35,065 nt of DNA, taken from Octopus bimaculoides. Lineage: Eukaryota. The stretch's first letter is position 1. Each line of letters opens with the position of its first letter. The stretch spans positions 5,663,974 through 5,699,038 of the forward strand of contig NC_068982.1 of the NCBI RefSeq assembly GCF_001194135.2. Direction: 5' to 3'. Below, in pieces: positions 33,626-35,065 of this stretch. Both the position numbers and the translations under genes were made by a program. The notes under the pieces were generated by a model. It searched no databases, was not told where the DNA came from, and saw only the letters and a program-made list of their open reading frames with translations.

Positions 33626-34785
33626 TGCCGATATTTCCTGTAAAACGTGGGGAGATAACCCAACTTTTTAATGGGAGTGAGATAATCAAAAAGTAACCAA
33701 CGCAGTCATTGTGACTTGATATTTCAACTTTTCTACTGACAAACGACCGGAAACTCCAAGCTGGATTTAATAGACGATGATTCTAAATACAACACGAATG
33801 ATTCTCACTGGATGTATCGCAAATACAGAAACAGTGTCAAATATTGAGTGTGGTATTTGAAATTTTTTACTTACCTCAAAGAAGAATATTTCCATTTCAC
33901 TTTTTGAGGGAAAAACGTTTATAATCATTTATCAAAAGAAAGCATTTCTATTCGTCTTGGTAAAGGGTCCATTGACAATGTTGACTTTAGGAAAGTTCAA
34001 ATAACAGAGGACATTCTAATGTGTTTCAGACTCAGAAAAGGGAATTGATTACAAATATTGACTTTGCAATACTGTACTTAGTTGAACCTTGTGGAGCTGC
34101 TTATTAAACAGTACGCATGAACTAAGTAATATGTGAAATTGCATTCTATTTTTATATTTCGTAGTAGTCTTAATTAGTACATCTGTTGATTTTGTTTATG
34201 AATATATTTTTACTGTGTAAAAACCTTCAGGTTCATAGTGAAGGCGAAATGAGATTGTTTGAAGGGCATGCCTTTTTGAGAAGTGCTACTAGCATCACAC
34301 ACGCATTTGTTCAGTGAGTTCCTTTATTGGAGGTCATTCTGTTGTATTGATTCTGACTAGGTCTCAAGATAGAGGATAATTCGATATCCTTCTAATACAC
34401 GCGTCGCGGTTTCTTTTCTCTCCACCCCAGTCCCAGGACCTTCAAAGGTCATAGGTGATACTCCATTGCTCTAACTACTTAGCGCTTAAAAAATGTAACA
34501 TGATATGGCTGTAAGTAAGAATATAAACCGCGACCTAAATTCCATTCACTATGACTTTACAGAATACTCTACGGATTCACTAATCTATTGACATATATGG
34601 TACCTTTTTTTAAAATATTTTTTTATTAATATTTAGCAGAAGCAGCAGAGTGATTCAAGGCCCAAAAGTTTCGTGCGTTTATTCTGTTGCATTTGCTAAA
34701 TATTAATGAAAAATATATACTTATGTTTTGAGTTGTATCTTTCCTGTTTGCATCACCAAACCGGTACCTTCATTTTTATTAATTA

Positions 34786-35065
34786 CTAGCAGAGCAACCC
34801 GGCGTTGCCCGGGAATGAAATTGTTGCTTATATAGTGGAAGGAAAAAAGCAAAATATACTGTATAGAAATCTGAGGACATTCTGTAGATGGACTCTCAGA
34901 TGAATGATGACTGGGCACCTCTCATGAATTGGAAAATTGAAGATGCGCCAAAAAGCCTCATTGGTACTTGGAAACTTTTACGAAAATTAAAATGTGGCTT
35001 AAATGAAAAAAATGATTTACGTGAATATAAGAGTAATAGAAATAAATTGCGATTGTGGAACCCCT
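34786..35065 (-). mobile_element. Helitron-type 3' terminus; the element extends toward the window end
   Basis: On -: GC hairpin CCCGG-gcaacg-CCGGG (34813-34798), 8 nt spacer, CTAG terminus (34789-34786), followed by T. Confidence 0.6.

Overview
AT-rich, intron- or intergenic-like eukaryotic DNA from a draft assembly with 10 N-gaps. The SINE families and microsatellite load look like an Octopus (cephalopod) genome; this is an inference from pattern recognition. No intact protein-coding gene is evident. The window is a nest of transposon relics: at least four pieces of an L1/Tx1-clade LINE family, a rearranged zinc-knuckle ORF1, two Penelope-like (PLE) fragments (RT and GIY-YIG), an RTE fragment, a HERO-like RLE fragment, two Tc1 relics, a Helitron-type 3' end, about 20 tRNA-derived SINE pieces of 3-4 families, and many micro- and minisatellites. 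Two signals stand out. (1) Two unrelated repeats each carry a minimal type I hammerhead-ribozyme fold with the same unusual design: 5-bp stem I, an extra A after A9, and a loop-less palindromic ACGT stem III. One of them sits downstream of a Pol III tRNA-like head, suggesting a ribozyme-bearing SINE or retrozyme. (2) One SINE ends in the same 3' sequence as the local Tx1 LINEs, while its sister copies carry a different tail. All alignments and folds were done by eye and no database was searched.
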